Origin: Abditibacteriaceae bacterium
Lineage (GTDB): Bacteria > Armatimonadota > Abditibacteriia > Abditibacteriales > Abditibacteriaceae
NCBI GenBank assembly: GCA_965277285.1
Contig: OZ255721.1
Coordinates: 1,760,001 to 1,824,000, forward strand
Length of the DNA: 64,000 nucleotides
Reading direction: 5' to 3'
Both the position numbers and the translations under genes were made by a program. Each line of letters starts with the position of its first letter. Positions within the stretch are counted from its first letter, which is position 1. Below, in pieces: positions 40,677 through 52,610 of the stretch. The notes beneath the pieces are model-generated. The model had not been told where the DNA came from and searched no databases. It saw only the letters and a program-made list of their open reading frames with translations.

Positions 40677-41831
40677 ATGCTTGCCATGACTTATCGAGGA
40701 ACGCATCGCGTCCGCATCGACCATAAACCTATGCCGGAGATTTTGCATCCCGAAGATGCCATCGTGCGCGTCACGCGCGCTTGCATTTGCGGCTCGGATT
40801 TGCATTTGTATAACGGCTCGGTGCCCGACACGCGCGTCGGTTCGACCTTTGGCCACGAAATCACTGGCGTCGTCGAACAAATCGGGCCGGAAGTGCAAAA
40901 CCTCAAAGTCGGCGATCATGTTCTGGTGCCGTTCAATGTCGCGTGTGGCAAATGCGTCTTCTGCCAGCAGGGACTTTTCGGCAACTGCCACGAATCCAAT
41001 CCCGAAGCGACAGCGGTTGGCGGCATTTTCGGCTATTCGCATACGGCGGGCGGCTACGACGGAGGACAGGCCGAATACGTGCGCGTGCCTTACGCCGATG
41101 TCGGCCCAACGGTTATTCCCGCTGGTATGGATCCCGATGATGCCGTGATGCTGACTGACGTGGTACCGACCGGCTATCAAGCGGCGGAAATGGGCGGCAT
41201 TCAAAAGGGCGATACGGTTGTGGTGTTCGGAGCCGGTCCGGTCGGCATCATGGCGGCGCGATGTGCCTGGCTTTTCGGTGCAGGTCGCGTCATTATCATC
41301 GACCAGCTCGATTATCGTCTCGAGTTCGCGCGCAATTACTGCCCTTGCGAAGCCTATAACTTCAAGGAAATCGGCGATCCCGTACTCTTCCTGAAGAAAA
41401 CGACCGATTGGATGGGCGCTGATGTGTGCATTGATGCCGTGGGCGCCGAAGCCAATGGCAGCGTGCTGCAAAACATTTTTATTCGAGGAATGAAGATGGC
41501 GGGCGGCGCGACTCCCGCGCTGCATTGGGCGATCAACTCGGTGAAAAAGGGCGGCATCGTTTCCATCGTCGGCGTTTATGGCTCGATTGGCACCCTTGTC
41601 CCGATTGGCAACGTGTTGAACAAAGGGCTGACAATTCGCGCAAATCAAGCGTCGGTGAAACGTTTGCTGCCGCGCCTGATCAAGCATGTGCAAGACGGCA
41701 CGCTCGACCCCAAAGCGCTGATTACGCATCGCATTCCTTTGGAATATGTGTCGGATGGCTACCGAATTTTCTCGGCCAAACTCGATAACTGCATCAAACC
41801 GGTGCTCTTGCCGCCCTCGTCTCAAAGCTAA
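40677..41831 (+). CDS. Zinc-dependent dehydrogenase (formaldehyde dehydrogenase-like)
   Basis: CICGSDLH, GHE, GGQAEYVRVP, GAGPVG. Confidence 0.88.
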   Translation: MLAMTYRGTHRVRIDHKPMPEILHPEDAIVRVTRACICGSDLHLYNGSVPDTRVGSTFGHEITGVVEQIGPEVQNLKVGDHVLVPFNVACGKCVFCQQGLFGNCHESNPEATAVGGIFGYSHTAGGYDGGQAEYVRVPYADVGPTVIPAGMDPDDAVMLTDVVPTGYQAAEMGGIQKGDTVVVFGAGPVGIMAARCAWLFGAGRVIIIDQLDYRLEFARNYCPCEAYNFKEIGDPVLFLKKTTDWMGADVCIDAVGAEANGSVLQNIFIRGMKMAGGATPALHWAINSVKKGGIVSIVGVYGSIGTLVPIGNVLNKGLTIRANQASVKRLLPRLIKHVQDGTLDPKALITHRIPLEYVSDGYRIFSAKLDNCIKPVLLPPSSQS

Positions 41832-41840
41832 AAAGATTTC

Positions 41841-41954
41841 ACCGCGAAGGACGCGAAGAGCGCGAAGGAAAGAAAAATAGTACGAAATGATGAATACGGA
41901 ATATCGAGTACTCGATTCCTTTTTTTCCTTCGCGCTCTTCGCGTCCTTCGCGGT
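41841..41954. repeat. Palindromic repeat (family D-related)
   Basis: ACCGCGAAGGACGCGAAGAGCGCGAAGGAA ... TTCCTTCGCGCTCTTCGCGTCCTTCGCGGT. Confidence 0.8.
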
Positions 41955-41983
41955 TCAACTGACTTATTTACGAAGGAACTCTC

Positions 41984-42472
41984 ATGGAAAATACAGCGAT
42001 AGACACTTCGCAAATCAAGGGCTGGGGCGTGGACGCCGACCCAAAAAACGACCCGACTTACCCGATGAAGCAGCGCAACAACGGCGAACACGCGGGCTAC
42101 ACTTGGCAGCGTCCAACGCAGCAGTCGGAAACCGTCGAAGTTCTGCATTCAAACGAGCGGCCTAATCTCAGCGCCGTGTTCGGGACATCGGTGCCGCCTG
42201 CGGGACTCAGTGGCATGATCCGTCGCTTTGCTTTTAAATACAGCGAGTCCAGCTACGCGCATTGGCTGCCGCTGATGTTGGCAGATCGCGTGGGCGAAGT
42301 CGAAGGCGTCGTTGCCGATGTCGCGCACGGTCATGTTCCCAACATCTTCGACGAACTGGGCGGCAAAGCGGTATGGAAGCACAACCGCAAAGAATTGGTG
42401 ACGCGCGTTCTCCTTGGCGCAGTTGTCGTTTGGGCTGTCGTCCGCCAATGCAGCGGAAGCCGTAATTCTTAA
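41984..42472 (+). CDS. Hypothetical protein
   Basis: AAGGA RBS; 162 aa with a hydrophobic C-terminus. Confidence 0.7.
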   Translation: MENTAIDTSQIKGWGVDADPKNDPTYPMKQRNNGEHAGYTWQRPTQQSETVEVLHSNERPNLSAVFGTSVPPAGLSGMIRRFAFKYSESSYAHWLPLMLADRVGEVEGVVADVAHGHVPNIFDELGGKAVWKHNRKELVTRVLLGAVVVWAVVRQCSGSRNS

Positions 42473-42563
42473 CGGAAAGATACCAAAACTAACGAATTCA
42501 GCGCGGACTAACCACGAATTTCACTTCGTAAAGTATCAGCATCTTTCATAACGGCTGATGATC

Positions 42564-42595
42564 AAAAGGCTTGAGAATTGTTCTCAAGCCTTTTT
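42564..42595 (+). terminator. Probable intrinsic terminator
   Basis: AAAAGGCTTGAGAA-TTG-TTCTCAAGCCTTTTT. Confidence 0.65.
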
Positions 42596-42679
42596 GCTAT
42601 GCGGCTTTTTACGCAAAACAGTGGAAGGCGCCAATTCGCTATAATCTTTGCATCGAAATCTTCTTAAAAGTGTGACCTT

Positions 42680-45283
42680 GTGAGCAACCAAACTGAACCC
42701 ATCGAACGTTACAACCCTTCAGAAATCGAACCCAAATGGCAGGCGAAGTGGAACGCCGAAAAACTCTACGAAACGAGTACTCGATCTTCCGCTAATAAAC
42801 CCAAGTTTTATTATCTGGATATGTTCCCCTATCCGTCCGGCGATTTGCACGTCGGGCACGTCCGCAACTACGCGATTGGCGATGCCGTGGCGCGCTTCCA
42901 TGTGATGAACGGGCGCGACGTTTTGCACCCGATGGGCTGGGACGCTTTTGGCCTCCCCGCCGAAAATGCGGCGATTAAAAACCAGGTTCATCCCGCCGAG
43001 TGGACGGAACGCTGCATCGAGCGAATGCACGAACAGTTCGGCAAATTGGGCATTTCCTTCGACTGGAACCGCGAAGTCACGACCTGTCGCCCCGATTATT
43101 ACAAGTGGACGCAATGGCTGTTCCTGCAATTCTACAAGCGTGGCTTGGCCGAGCGCCGCAACGCGAACGTCAACTGGTGCCCGAACGACCAAACCGTTTT
43201 AGCCAACGAGCAAGTCAAAGACGGCAAATGCGACCGCTGCGGCGCGGCTGTCGAGCAAAAAGCCTTGACGCAGTGGTTCTTCAAAATCACCGATTACGCG
43301 CAGCGCTTGTTGGACGACTTGGACAAGTTGGAAGATTGGCCGGAGCGCGTCAAGTCGATGCAGCGCAACTGGATTGGCCGCAGCGAAGGCGTCACATTCA
43401 GTTTTCCGTTGAAAGATCGCGCTGACGAAATCGAAGTTTTCACGACGCGCGTCGATACGGTTTTCGGCGTCACGTATATGGTTTTGTCGCCCGATCATGC
43501 GCTGGTCGATGAAATCACCACAATCGAGTACTCGAAAGCCGTCGAAGAATTCAAAGTTCATGTCGCAAAGCAAAAAGAAGAGCGCATCGGCGACCGTTCG
43601 GACGATTTGCCCAAAGAAGGCGTTTTCACCGGCGCTTATTGCATCAACCCGATGACGGGCGAAGATGTGCCGATTTGGTTGGCCAATTACGTCGTTTCTG
43701 ATTATGGTTCTGGCGCGGTTATGGCGGTTCCCGCGCACGACGAACGCGACTTCGAGTTTGCAAAAAAGTATGACTTGCCAATCAAAGCTGTTATTAAGCC
43801 AGCGGCTTGGAACACACCTTTCTATTCCATGGCACGCACGCACAATCCGCATTTGCCTGCTGAAGAATGGACAGACGAAACGCTGAGCGAATATATCGCA
43901 AAAGGCGCGTTCATTGATGCAGGAACAAGTGTCAACTCCGGCGATTTTTCCGACTTGACTTCCGACGAAGCGAAAACCAAAATCGCCGAATACATGGAAG
44001 CCAACGGACTGGGAAAGCGCACCGTCAACTTTCGTTTGCGCAATTGGTGCTTGAGTCGTCAGCGTTATTGGGGTTGCCCGATTCCGATTATTTATTGTGA
44101 AGACGGCACGATTGAAACCGTTCCCGAGGATCAGCTTCCCGTTTTGCTGCCGACCGATGTGCAATTTACCGGCGAAGGCAATCCGCTTTTGACTTCGCCA
44201 ACCTTCAATCGAGTACTCGATTCCAAAGGTTGTCCGGCGCGGCGCGAAACCGACACAATGGACACTTTTGTCGATTCATCGTGGTATTTTCTGCGCTATT
44301 GTTCGCCCGACGCGAGCGATGTTCCATTTCGAGCCGAAGACCTCGCGCGCTGGATGCCAGTCGATCAATATGTCGGCGGCGTCGAGCACGCGACAATGCA
44401 CTTGATTTACGCGCGTTTCTTCACCAAAGTCTTGTTCGATATGGGCTTGTGTCCGGTCGATGAACCGTTTCCGCGCTTGTTCACACAAGGCATGGTGACG
44501 ATGTTCACGGCAGAAAGTGGCAAAGTCGAGAAGATGAGCAAGAACAAGGGCAACGTTGTTTCGCTCGATGACGCGGTGCGAAAGTTTGGCGCTGATGCGA
44601 CGCGCATGGCGACTTTGTATTTGGGGCCGCCAGAACTCGACGCCGAATGGGACAAAGAATCGGACAAAGTTTTCGCCGGGCCTTATCGTTTTCTTGAACG
44701 CGTTTTTCGCCTGACGCAGGCGCGCAGTTTCAACAGCAATTGGAATCGAGTACTCGATTACGCACAATTGCAAGGCGAGAATCGCAAACTCGCGCGAAAA
44801 ACGCATCAAACAATTGCGCGTGTCAGTCACGGCATCGAAAAGTTCTCGATGAATACGGCGATTGCCGCGATGATGGAACACGTCAACGTTCTGTCAGCGT
44901 GGATTGACGCCACGAAAAACAACGCCGAAGACGCGCAAACGCAAGCGGTTTACGGTGAAGCCGTGCAAACCTTGATTACGTTGTTGTCGCCGTTCGCGCC
45001 GCATCTCAGCGACGAACTGTTTTCGCGCTTGGGCTTTGCGCAGTCGGCGTATGAAATGACGTGGCCGCAAGCGAACGAAGAAGTCGCGCGCGAAGACGAA
45101 ATCACAATTCCGGTTCAAATCAATGGAAAATTGCGGGCGCGCGTCGTGGTTCCCGAAGGTAGCGACGAAGCTGTTTTGCGAGAAGCCGCGCTTTCAACCG
45201 AAGAAGTGCGCACACAGTTGGAAGGGCGCGAACCCAAACGCGTCATCGTGGTTCCGGGACGCTTGATCAACATCGTTTTATAA
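42680..45283 (+). CDS. leuS: Leucine--tRNA ligase
   Basis: [36 protein letters not shown]. Confidence 0.97.
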   Translation: MSNQTEPIERYNPSEIEPKWQAKWNAEKLYETSTRSSANKPKFYYLDMFPYPSGDLHVGHVRNYAIGDAVARFHVMNGRDVLHPMGWDAFGLPAENAAIKNQVHPAEWTERCIERMHEQFGKLGISFDWNREVTTCRPDYYKWTQWLFLQFYKRGLAERRNANVNWCPNDQTVLANEQVKDGKCDRCGAAVEQKALTQWFFKITDYAQRLLDDLDKLEDWPERVKSMQRNWIGRSEGVTFSFPLKDRADEIEVFTTRVDTVFGVTYMVLSPDHALVDEITTIEYSKAVEEFKVHVAKQKEERIGDRSDDLPKEGVFTGAYCINPMTGEDVPIWLANYVVSDYGSGAVMAVPAHDERDFEFAKKYDLPIKAVIKPAAWNTPFYSMARTHNPHLPAEEWTDETLSEYIAKGAFIDAGTSVNSGDFSDLTSDEAKTKIAEYMEANGLGKRTVNFRLRNWCLSRQRYWGCPIPIIYCEDGTIETVPEDQLPVLLPTDVQFTGEGNPLLTSPTFNRVLDSKGCPARRETDTMDTFVDSSWYFLRYCSPDASDVPFRAEDLARWMPVDQYVGGVEHATMHLIYARFFTKVLFDMGLCPVDEPFPRLFTQGMVTMFTAESGKVEKMSKNKGNVVSLDDAVRKFGADATRMATLYLGPPELDAEWDKESDKVFAGPYRFLERVFRLTQARSFNSNWNRVLDYAQLQGENRKLARKTHQTIARVSHGIEKFSMNTAIAAMMEHVNVLSAWIDATKNNAEDAQTQAVYGEAVQTLITLLSPFAPHLSDELFSRLGFAQSAYEMTWPQANEEVAREDEITIPVQINGKLRARVVVPEGSDEAVLREAALSTEEVRTQLEGREPKRVIVVPGRLINIVL

Positions 45284-45316
45284 ATTGGCGCCGCTGCTTT
45301 ATGATGTAATTGAAGG

Positions 45317-46963
45317 GTGTCTTTTTCTCAAATTCCCGATCCCGATAACAGTAACAATTCGATGATGCGAATAACGAAACGTAAACTGGCGCTGGGCTTC
45401 GCGTTTTTGCTGTTGTTGCTGGGCATCAATGCCGCGGTTTCCTATTTCAACACGCAGCGCCTGATTGAGAACAATCGCTGGGTGACGCACACTTATCAGG
45501 TCGTGGCGCAGCTCGACACCGAATTGTCGTTCGCGCAAGATGTCGAAACCGGAGCGCGCGGCTACATCATTACCGGCCAGGAAGAATTTCTGCAGCCTTA
45601 TACAACGGGCGTCAAAGGCCTGCGCGACCATTTGACTGCTTTGTCGACGTTGGTGCGCGACAATCCGCAACAATTGGCGCGCGTTGCGATTTTAGAAAAA
45701 CAATTGGAAACGCGAATGGCGATTGCGCGCCGCAACATCGACGTGCGCCGTGTGCGCGGCGCGCTCGCCGCCGAAAGAGACGTTAGCAACGGCCAAGGCA
45801 AGCGCGCCATGGACGCGATTCGCGCGACCGTCGCCGCCATGAAAAACCGTGAGTTCGCGCTGCTGAAATTGCGCCAGCAGAAAACGGCGAGCAGTGCGAA
45901 CGCCGCTTTGCTATCGATTGTCATTTTCCTGCTCAGCGGCATTTTTTTGATGTCGCTGGTTTATTCGGGTCTGACGCGTGCCGAACTGCGCAAAGCCGAG
46001 TTGAAGCACGCTTACGGGCGATTGCAACAGCTCGAAGCGATGCGCGACAATTTGACATCGATGCTCGTTCATGATTTGCGCACGCCTTTGACGACCTTGC
46101 TTGGTCCACTGGAGATGCTGGAAGGTGGCGGTTTCGGCTCGTTGGATAAAACCCAAAGCGAAATTATCGGTATGAGTACGCGCAGCGGTTATCGCTTGCT
46201 GGGACTCGTCAACGAACTGCTCGACATTTCTAAAATGGAAGCCGGCGAACTGAAAGTGCGGCACGAAACCGTGCAGGCGCGCTTCGTTGTGAATGGCGCA
46301 GTCACTCAGGTTTTGCGCATTGATCAGGCCGATAGCGAGCGCATCGTGCGCCAGGTCGCGGATGATTTGCCGCTGATGCAGGCCGACGAAAATTTGCTGA
46401 TTCGAGTACTCATCAACTTGTTGGGCAACGCGCTCAAGTTCACGCCATCCAACAGCAAAGTCACAGTCGCGGCGCGCGTTGCCCGCACCGACGAAACGCT
46501 GCTTCAAGAAGGTTATCGCAAAGCGCAAGGCGCGGTTTCCAACGTTTCTACATTTGCCAAGGACACATTTGCCAACGGCCAAACGGCCAATCTCAAGAAT
46601 GGTCACGCCAAAACCGCCAGCAGCAAAGCGTTTCTCGGCAAGGAAACGTCGTCCGACGAATCACGCGACCATGCGCCGGTCATTTTATTCTCCGTTATCG
46701 ATCAAGGCACCGGCATCGAGCCAGCAGATCAGCAACGTATTTTTGAAAAGTTTGGGCAAGTCGAGGCGCGCCAGGATGGACAAAAAATGTCGACGGGACT
46801 GGGCTTGACATTTTGCAAACTGGCCGTCGAAGCGCACGGCGGATATATCTGGATTCAAAGCGAAATCGGCCAGGGCAGCACGTTTTTCTTCACCGTTCCG
46901 CTGCGCCCGTGGCTCGCAACGAACGACAACAAAGAAAAAGCGCAGGCCGCTGTCGCACTTTGA
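45317..46963 (+). CDS. CHASE3-domain sensor histidine kinase
   Basis: WVTHT...ETGARGY CHASE3, HDLRTPL, NLLGNALKF, TGLGL. Start may be about 45362. Confidence 0.88.
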   Translation: MSFSQIPDPDNSNNSMMRITKRKLALGFAFLLLLLGINAAVSYFNTQRLIENNRWVTHTYQVVAQLDTELSFAQDVETGARGYIITGQEEFLQPYTTGVKGLRDHLTALSTLVRDNPQQLARVAILEKQLETRMAIARRNIDVRRVRGALAAERDVSNGQGKRAMDAIRATVAAMKNREFALLKLRQQKTASSANAALLSIVIFLLSGIFLMSLVYSGLTRAELRKAELKHAYGRLQQLEAMRDNLTSMLVHDLRTPLTTLLGPLEMLEGGGFGSLDKTQSEIIGMSTRSGYRLLGLVNELLDISKMEAGELKVRHETVQARFVVNGAVTQVLRIDQADSERIVRQVADDLPLMQADENLLIRVLINLLGNALKFTPSNSKVTVAARVARTDETLLQEGYRKAQGAVSNVSTFAKDTFANGQTANLKNGHAKTASSKAFLGKETSSDESRDHAPVILFSVIDQGTGIEPADQQRIFEKFGQVEARQDGQKMSTGLGLTFCKLAVEAHGGYIWIQSEIGQGSTFFFTVPLRPWLATNDNKEKAQAAVAL

Positions 46964-47197
46964 AAAATAGAGCGGCACCTTCAGGCCGTCATCGTAAACC
47001 GTTGCGTGAACAAGAGAGCAGAAAGGAAGAAGTCGGAAACTTGAAATACCAGGACAGTACAGCAACGCCTTTCTTTCGCACCGCGACTGAAACCGCTGGC
47101 TTTGGAAGGAAGCAACTTGTTTGACTATCTTTCGTGATGCGGTTTCGCCGTTTCGAGTACTCGATTGACTTTCGCGTGTCTTTCACACGCGTGTCTT

Positions 47198-48322
47198 TCA
47201 CAAACGATTTTGCACTTTTAGCACAGCGATGTCCAGGCCATCTTTGGAAGCGGCATTGACGTGAGAAGCGTTAGCGCAAATAGAACTTTTGATCTCGTGG
47301 CCATAATCGCAAGCGGTTTCGCGCAGCGCGGCGGAATGTTGCAAGCGCTTGAGGGCGACTTTTTCGATCTGGCGAATGCGCTCGCGCGTGAGATGCACTA
47401 AGGCGCCGACTTCATCCAAAGTGCGCGCATGACCGCCGTCGTCCAAGCCATAACGCAAGCTCAACACTTCGGCTTCGCGCTCGTTCAAGCACTTAAACGC
47501 TTGTCGCAACTCGTCGCGCAATGAAGCGCGCATCGCGCAATCGACGGGCGAAGGTGTGTATTTGTCTTCGACGTAATCGCCCAGCGTCGAATCATCGTCT
47601 TCGCCAAAAGAGATGTCCAGCGACATCGGTTCCGCGATGCGCTCGTTCATTTCCTGTAGCTTTTGCGGCGCGATATGTAAATACATCGCCATTTCGCGCG
47701 AAGTCGGCGCACGATGCAATTCCTGCGTCAGCACAACTCGCGCACGTTCAGTTTTCGATACCGCGTCCAGCACATAAACCGGCAAGCGAATGCTGCGACT
47801 TTGTTCATCGATAGCGCGCAAAATCGCCTGGCGAATCCAATAGCTGGCATACGTCGAAAACTTGTAGCCCTTGCTTCCGTCGAATTTGTGAACCGCGCGA
47901 ATCAAGCCCAAACTGCCTTCCTGCACCAAATCGGCGAGCGACAACAATCCGCCGTTTCCCTTGCGACACTTGCGCGCGATGCTCGCCACTAAACGCAAAT
48001 TGCACTCGATCATTTCCCATTCGGCCTCGTGCTCGCCATTTGCAATGCGTCTGGACAAATCCACTTCGCGCTCCGACGACAACAACGGATACTGATGAAC
48101 GCGTTTCCACCACGACTTGAGCGAATCTTCTTCCACCGCGCTCGCTGCAACATCTTCGGTTTCGCGCGACACACTCGACGGAAAAACCGCGCTGTCCTCG
48201 AGTTGCAAAGTTGCCGTGCGCACGCGCGCGAATGCACGCATTGCAGGATTACGCTCGCCCAAAGGCGGCGGCGCCACTTCCAACGACTCGCAATTCAAAG
48301 GCGTTTTGGAGGTTGTAGTCAT
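47198..48322 (-). CDS. RpoD/SigA-family sigma-70 factor (probably non-primary)
   Basis: NLRLVASIA, DLVQEG, GYKFSTYASYWIRQAI, TRERIRQIE; region 1.2 is divergent. Confidence 0.9.
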   Translation of the reverse strand: MTTTSKTPLNCESLEVAPPPLGERNPAMRAFARVRTATLQLEDSAVFPSSVSRETEDVAASAVEEDSLKSWWKRVHQYPLLSSEREVDLSRRIANGEHEAEWEMIECNLRLVASIARKCRKGNGGLLSLADLVQEGSLGLIRAVHKFDGSKGYKFSTYASYWIRQAILRAIDEQSRSIRLPVYVLDAVSKTERARVVLTQELHRAPTSREMAMYLHIAPQKLQEMNERIAEPMSLDISFGEDDDSTLGDYVEDKYTPSPVDCAMRASLRDELRQAFKCLNEREAEVLSLRYGLDDGGHARTLDEVGALVHLTRERIRQIEKVALKRLQHSAALRETACDYGHEIKSSICANASHVNAASKDGLDIAVLKVQNRL

Positions 48323-48391
48323 AAGACTTTGTTGTCAAGAATCCGCTGTTACATTCGCTCAAATCCACACATTCGAGTACTCGAAACACGT

Positions 48392-49153
48392 TTACGAAGC
48401 GACGCGCAACGGGTCTTCAACCCACCACGAACCATCGCGCGCAGTCTCCTTTTTCCATATCGGCACGATTTCCTTGATGCGGTCAATTGCGTAACGACAC
48501 GCCTCAAAACTGTCCGCGCGATGCGGACTGGCCACGCTGATCACGACGCTCGCCTCGCCAATTTCCAAACGTCCCAAACGATGCACAATCGCGCACGGCA
48601 AATTCCAACGCGCCCGCACTTCATCGCTAACCTGTTGCAAAGTGCGCAAAGCCATCGCTTCGTAAGCGTCATAATCCAGGAAATTGACCAGATGACCTTG
48701 CGCATTATCGCGTACAATTCCCTCAAAAGTGAGAACCGCGCCCGCGCCACCGTTTAAGCAATTTTCCGCCGAACGCGCGACTTGCAAGGTATCAATCGCT
48801 TGGCGCGTAATGGCAATGAGCGGCTGCAACGTTTCGCTTGAAGCGCCGGAAATTTGCGAACCACCGGAAACCGGCGGCAAAAATGCGATTTCATCACCAG
48901 CCGAAACCGTGGTTTTGCCATTCGAGTACTCGCAATTGACAGCGACGCGAAGATATGGCAAATACGGCGCGAGAATCGGAAATTGTTCGCCGCAGGCTTG
49001 TAATAACTGGGCGACGGAAGACGGAGAAGAAGCGCGAACTTGAATCGAAGAACTTTGCGCGGCATCTTTCAAAGCAGCAAAAAGCAGAACCGTATAATCA
49101 ACGGAATCCGCGACGGCAGAGTCGGGTTCGGGCGAAGGAAAAGAAGAAAACAT
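48392..49153 (-). CDS. moaE: Fused MoaD-MoaE molybdopterin synthase
   Basis: LFAAL...PPVSGG ThiS/MoaD domain followed by HRLG, HR, PIWKKE of MoaE. Confidence 0.9.
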   Translation of the reverse strand: MFSSFPSPEPDSAVADSVDYTVLLFAALKDAAQSSSIQVRASSPSSVAQLLQACGEQFPILAPYLPYLRVAVNCEYSNGKTTVSAGDEIAFLPPVSGGSQISGASSETLQPLIAITRQAIDTLQVARSAENCLNGGAGAVLTFEGIVRDNAQGHLVNFLDYDAYEAMALRTLQQVSDEVRARWNLPCAIVHRLGRLEIGEASVVISVASPHRADSFEACRYAIDRIKEIVPIWKKETARDGSWWVEDPLRVAS

Positions 49154-49334
49154 GACGAAATCTCGTCAAACACCTTGCAAAACAAAGCGAAAATATGGTA
49201 AAGGCGAACTTCACCAAGTGCGGCGCAGTATAGCAATTTTCAAGATAACGTCAATGTAAAATATGTGACAATCGCAACCGGTAATATCGAGTACTCGATC
49301 AAACTTTGATCATGGCTCAATCGCGTGAGTTGAT

Positions 49335-49425
49335 AGAAAGAACCCCGAGCGTCAGCGACGGGTGAAGCGTAAGAGTTTATTCATCTTCTACGTTTCACCC
49401 GTCGCTGACGCTCGGGGTTCTTTCT
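49335..49425. repeat. REPIN family A
   Basis: AGAAAGAACCCCGAGCGTCAGCGACGGGTGAA ... TTCACCCGTCGCTGACGCTCGGGGTTCTTTCT. Confidence 0.85.
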
Positions 49426-49462
49426 TCCATAGTTCGCTTTATCTCACTACCTGAGCCACTAC

Positions 49463-51736
49463 CTAAACTTTTTTGCGGGATTTCGCACCTTTGGCAGCAA
49501 CACCTTTAGTTTCTGCTTGCTCGTCTTCTGCGGGCTCATCAGCGTCCAGATTTTCGACGAACGCGCGCACTTCTTCGATTTCAGTCGTAATGCGGCAATT
49601 GGGCAACGATTTCAAAAAGGTCTGGCCATAGCGTTTGGTCATCACGCGCGGGTCGAGAATGGCGACGACGCCCCAATCTTCGCGCGTGCGAATCAGCCTT
49701 CCAAAACCCTGGCGAAACATCATCACGGCTTGCGGCACCTGATATTCATTGAACGCGTCGCGGCCTTTTTCCTTCAAGGCTTCCACGCGCGCCTGCACCA
49801 AAGGATCGTCCGGCACGGCGAACGGCAACTTCATCATCACGACGCACGTCAGGGCTTCGCCCGGAACATCGACGCCCTGCCAGAAACTCGAAGTCCCGAC
49901 CAAAACCGAATCGACATCTTTGCGAAACGCGTCCAGCAGTTTGCCGCGCGCGCCTTCGCCTTGTTTGAGTACTCGAATGCGCTTGGGCAGCGCCTGGCGC
50001 AACGCCTCGCAAGCCGCATCGACTGCGCGAAAACTGGTGCAAAGCACGAACGCGCGCCCTTTGGTTTGGGTCACAACTTCCACCGCGCGCTTGATCGCTG
50101 CCGCTTCAAAAACCGCGGCGTTGGAAGGATCGGGCAAATCGCGCGCGACATAAAGCAGCGAATTGGTTTCGTAATCGAAGGGCGAACCCAGCGTCAGAGT
50201 GCGCACCGCTGTCTCGCAGCGTTCTTCGGTCAGGCCCAGGCGTTCGCGTAAAAACTCCCACGAACCGCCCGAAGTTAAAGTTGCTGAAGTCAAGATGACG
50301 GGCGAAATGGGGCCGAACAACGTTTCCTGCATTCCTTCAGCGACATCAATCGGCGCACCGCAAAGTGCAATTCTCGGGACGCGATTGGCGCTTTTGCCGT
50401 CGTTTTGTCGCGGCTGCACGCTCGCCCAATATACGTAATTCGGGCGATTGTGGCCGATCAAATCGCGCGTGTTCTGGCGCATTTCAAAACATCTCGTCGC
50501 AAAACCTTCCAGTTCTTTGGTCAGCGCTTCATCGTTGATGCGTTCGGCGCGCTTTTTCGCGTCGCGCAAAACGCTTTCGATGCGCGACATCGGTTCGTCC
50601 AAAGAGTTCTCAATCACGTTCGGCTGGCGCAGGCGAAGAGTTTGCGTGCGGTTGCCGTCCACATTGAGCGCGAGTTGCAGGTTCTGAAAAAAGCGCCCTG
50701 TGGCTTCGCGCGCTTCATCGCAGGCTTCGACCAAACGTTTATCTAAAGCATCGGCATCGGGGATTTTGCTGTTGCTCAATATCGTGCGCCCGCTGCGCCG
50801 ACTGTGGACGATTTCAATCAATTTTGCCACGCCCAAGTTGACGACTTCGCTGCCCAGATACGAACTGGCGACATCTTCAGCCTGATGCGCTTCATCGATC
50901 ACCAGCGCATCGAACGGCGGCAAAACGCGACCGGCTTCATTGCCTCCAGCGGCCAGATGCGCGAACAGCAAATGATGATTCGACACTAAAATCTGCGCGT
51001 TTTCCTGCTCGCGTCGCGCGCGATAAAAGAACGATTTTTCATACAAAGGACAATTGCGCCCGATGCACAAATCGCTTTCGCGGTTGACCTGCGCCCACAC
51101 ACCCGCGCTCGGCTCAAACGGCAAATCGAGATTGCGTCCGGTTTTGCTCCGTCCCGCGAAATGATTGATTTCTTTCAGTTCATCGACATCGTTCAAGCTG
51201 GCGAACAACCCGCCGACTTCGGCTTTGGCCAGGCGGCGCGGACAAATGTAATTCTGCGTTCCCAGACACAGCGCGAACTTGAACTCGCTGCCCATTTTGC
51301 GCAAAAACAGATCGCGCAAAAACGGCAAATCGCGCTCGACCAATTGTTGCTGCAAGGCTTTGGTGTGCGTCGCAATGAGCACGCGCTTTTTGTTTTCAAT
51401 CGCCCACAAAATCAGCGGCACCAAATACGCGTAACTTTTGCCGGTTCCGGTTCCCGCCTCGACCAGCAAATGCGATTTTTCGGACGCCGCGCGCGCCACG
51501 GCTTCGGCCATTTCGAGTTGTTCGTTGCGCTCTTCAAAGGCGCGGCCTTCGGTCGGCAAAGCGCGCGACAAAAGCCCTTCGTGCCCGAAAATGCGACGCA
51601 AAACATCGTCGTTCGCCGAAGTCGGCAGCGTCGGTTCGGCGTCCTCAGCCAATCGAGTACTCGATGGAGTTTTCGTTTCGTCGGGCGCAGCAGTTTTGGG
51701 CGGCAAAGAGGTCGGAAGAAATTGAACGCGAGGCAC
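49463..51736 (-). CDS. dinG: DinG/YoaA-family helicase
   Basis: EAGTGTGKS, Fe-S cysteines, DEAH, TSATL, FWQGVD, QGFGRLIR. Confidence 0.92.
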   Translation of the reverse strand: MPRVQFLPTSLPPKTAAPDETKTPSSTRLAEDAEPTLPTSANDDVLRRIFGHEGLLSRALPTEGRAFEERNEQLEMAEAVARAASEKSHLLVEAGTGTGKSYAYLVPLILWAIENKKRVLIATHTKALQQQLVERDLPFLRDLFLRKMGSEFKFALCLGTQNYICPRRLAKAEVGGLFASLNDVDELKEINHFAGRSKTGRNLDLPFEPSAGVWAQVNRESDLCIGRNCPLYEKSFFYRARREQENAQILVSNHHLLFAHLAAGGNEAGRVLPPFDALVIDEAHQAEDVASSYLGSEVVNLGVAKLIEIVHSRRSGRTILSNSKIPDADALDKRLVEACDEAREATGRFFQNLQLALNVDGNRTQTLRLRQPNVIENSLDEPMSRIESVLRDAKKRAERINDEALTKELEGFATRCFEMRQNTRDLIGHNRPNYVYWASVQPRQNDGKSANRVPRIALCGAPIDVAEGMQETLFGPISPVILTSATLTSGGSWEFLRERLGLTEERCETAVRTLTLGSPFDYETNSLLYVARDLPDPSNAAVFEAAAIKRAVEVVTQTKGRAFVLCTSFRAVDAACEALRQALPKRIRVLKQGEGARGKLLDAFRKDVDSVLVGTSSFWQGVDVPGEALTCVVMMKLPFAVPDDPLVQARVEALKEKGRDAFNEYQVPQAVMMFRQGFGRLIRTREDWGVVAILDPRVMTKRYGQTFLKSLPNCRITTEIEEVRAFVENLDADEPAEDEQAETKGVAAKGAKSRKKV

Positions 51737-51964
51737 GCTTTCATTTTACCCGATGAAGACGTTTGCTGGTCACATTTATTTTGAGCACAAATAGCAACAA
51801 TGGCTGGATTTCCAGTTACGCTTGGGTGCCGGAAGAAAAATAAACAAATAGATGGAGCGAGAGAGAATGACCTAAACGATATGGCAACGCCAATAATAAA
51901 TAGTTAAACAAAAGTAATTAGCTCTGCTATAATTTGAAATAATGATGTAAAAAGAGAACGAAAA

Positions 51965-52516
51965 ATGAAAATTTTTTTCTTGTTGGCATTTGCTTTTTGC
52001 ACTTTAAATTGTGCGATTCCTCAAGGCATTGCTGCTAATGTTTCGCAGGACGAACTAGTTCGAACTGAGTATGATGATGTTAAAGACATCACTGCAGTCG
52101 GATTTCTTGGCGTTAGTTGGAATGCTGAAAAGAGAGCGACAAGTGACAATTCTTATTCGTCCGCCGCATTATACGGGTATATGGGAAAAAAGCCTGCTCG
52201 TCCTGAATTTATAGTGTGGCAATTCAGGTGTTTGTCCTTCTATGGTGAGTGGCAGTGGACAAAAGTCGACACTGTTTACTTCAAATTTGGAGAGAAGCGA
52301 GCACACTTTACGGTTGCAGAACGCTCATCTCAAGCATCTGACTCTGAATATGTTAAAGGTAGGTATGAAAAAATTTCGATCAAAGTTCCCGTTGACACAT
52401 TCATTGCTATCGTTAAATCGCCATTTATATGTCAAATTAACAACGAGAACTTTGATATAAAAGGAGAGAAAATTTTACCACTCCAGAACTTAGCCGTCAC
52501 CATTCCTAACAAGTAA
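51965..52516 (+). CDS. Hypothetical exported protein (AT-rich islet)
   Basis: Signal-peptide-like N-terminus; 183 aa. Confidence 0.7.
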   Translation: MKIFFLLAFAFCTLNCAIPQGIAANVSQDELVRTEYDDVKDITAVGFLGVSWNAEKRATSDNSYSSAALYGYMGKKPARPEFIVWQFRCLSFYGEWQWTKVDTVYFKFGEKRAHFTVAERSSQASDSEYVKGRYEKISIKVPVDTFIAIVKSPFICQINNENFDIKGEKILPLQNLAVTIPNK

Positions 52517-52610
52517 CAACACAATGATTCAGGCAATTCGTGTACTGCGTTTAACAGATGAACTGCAATTTATCTGAAACACCGCGGGCAAAAGCAAGCT
52601 GTAACGCCAT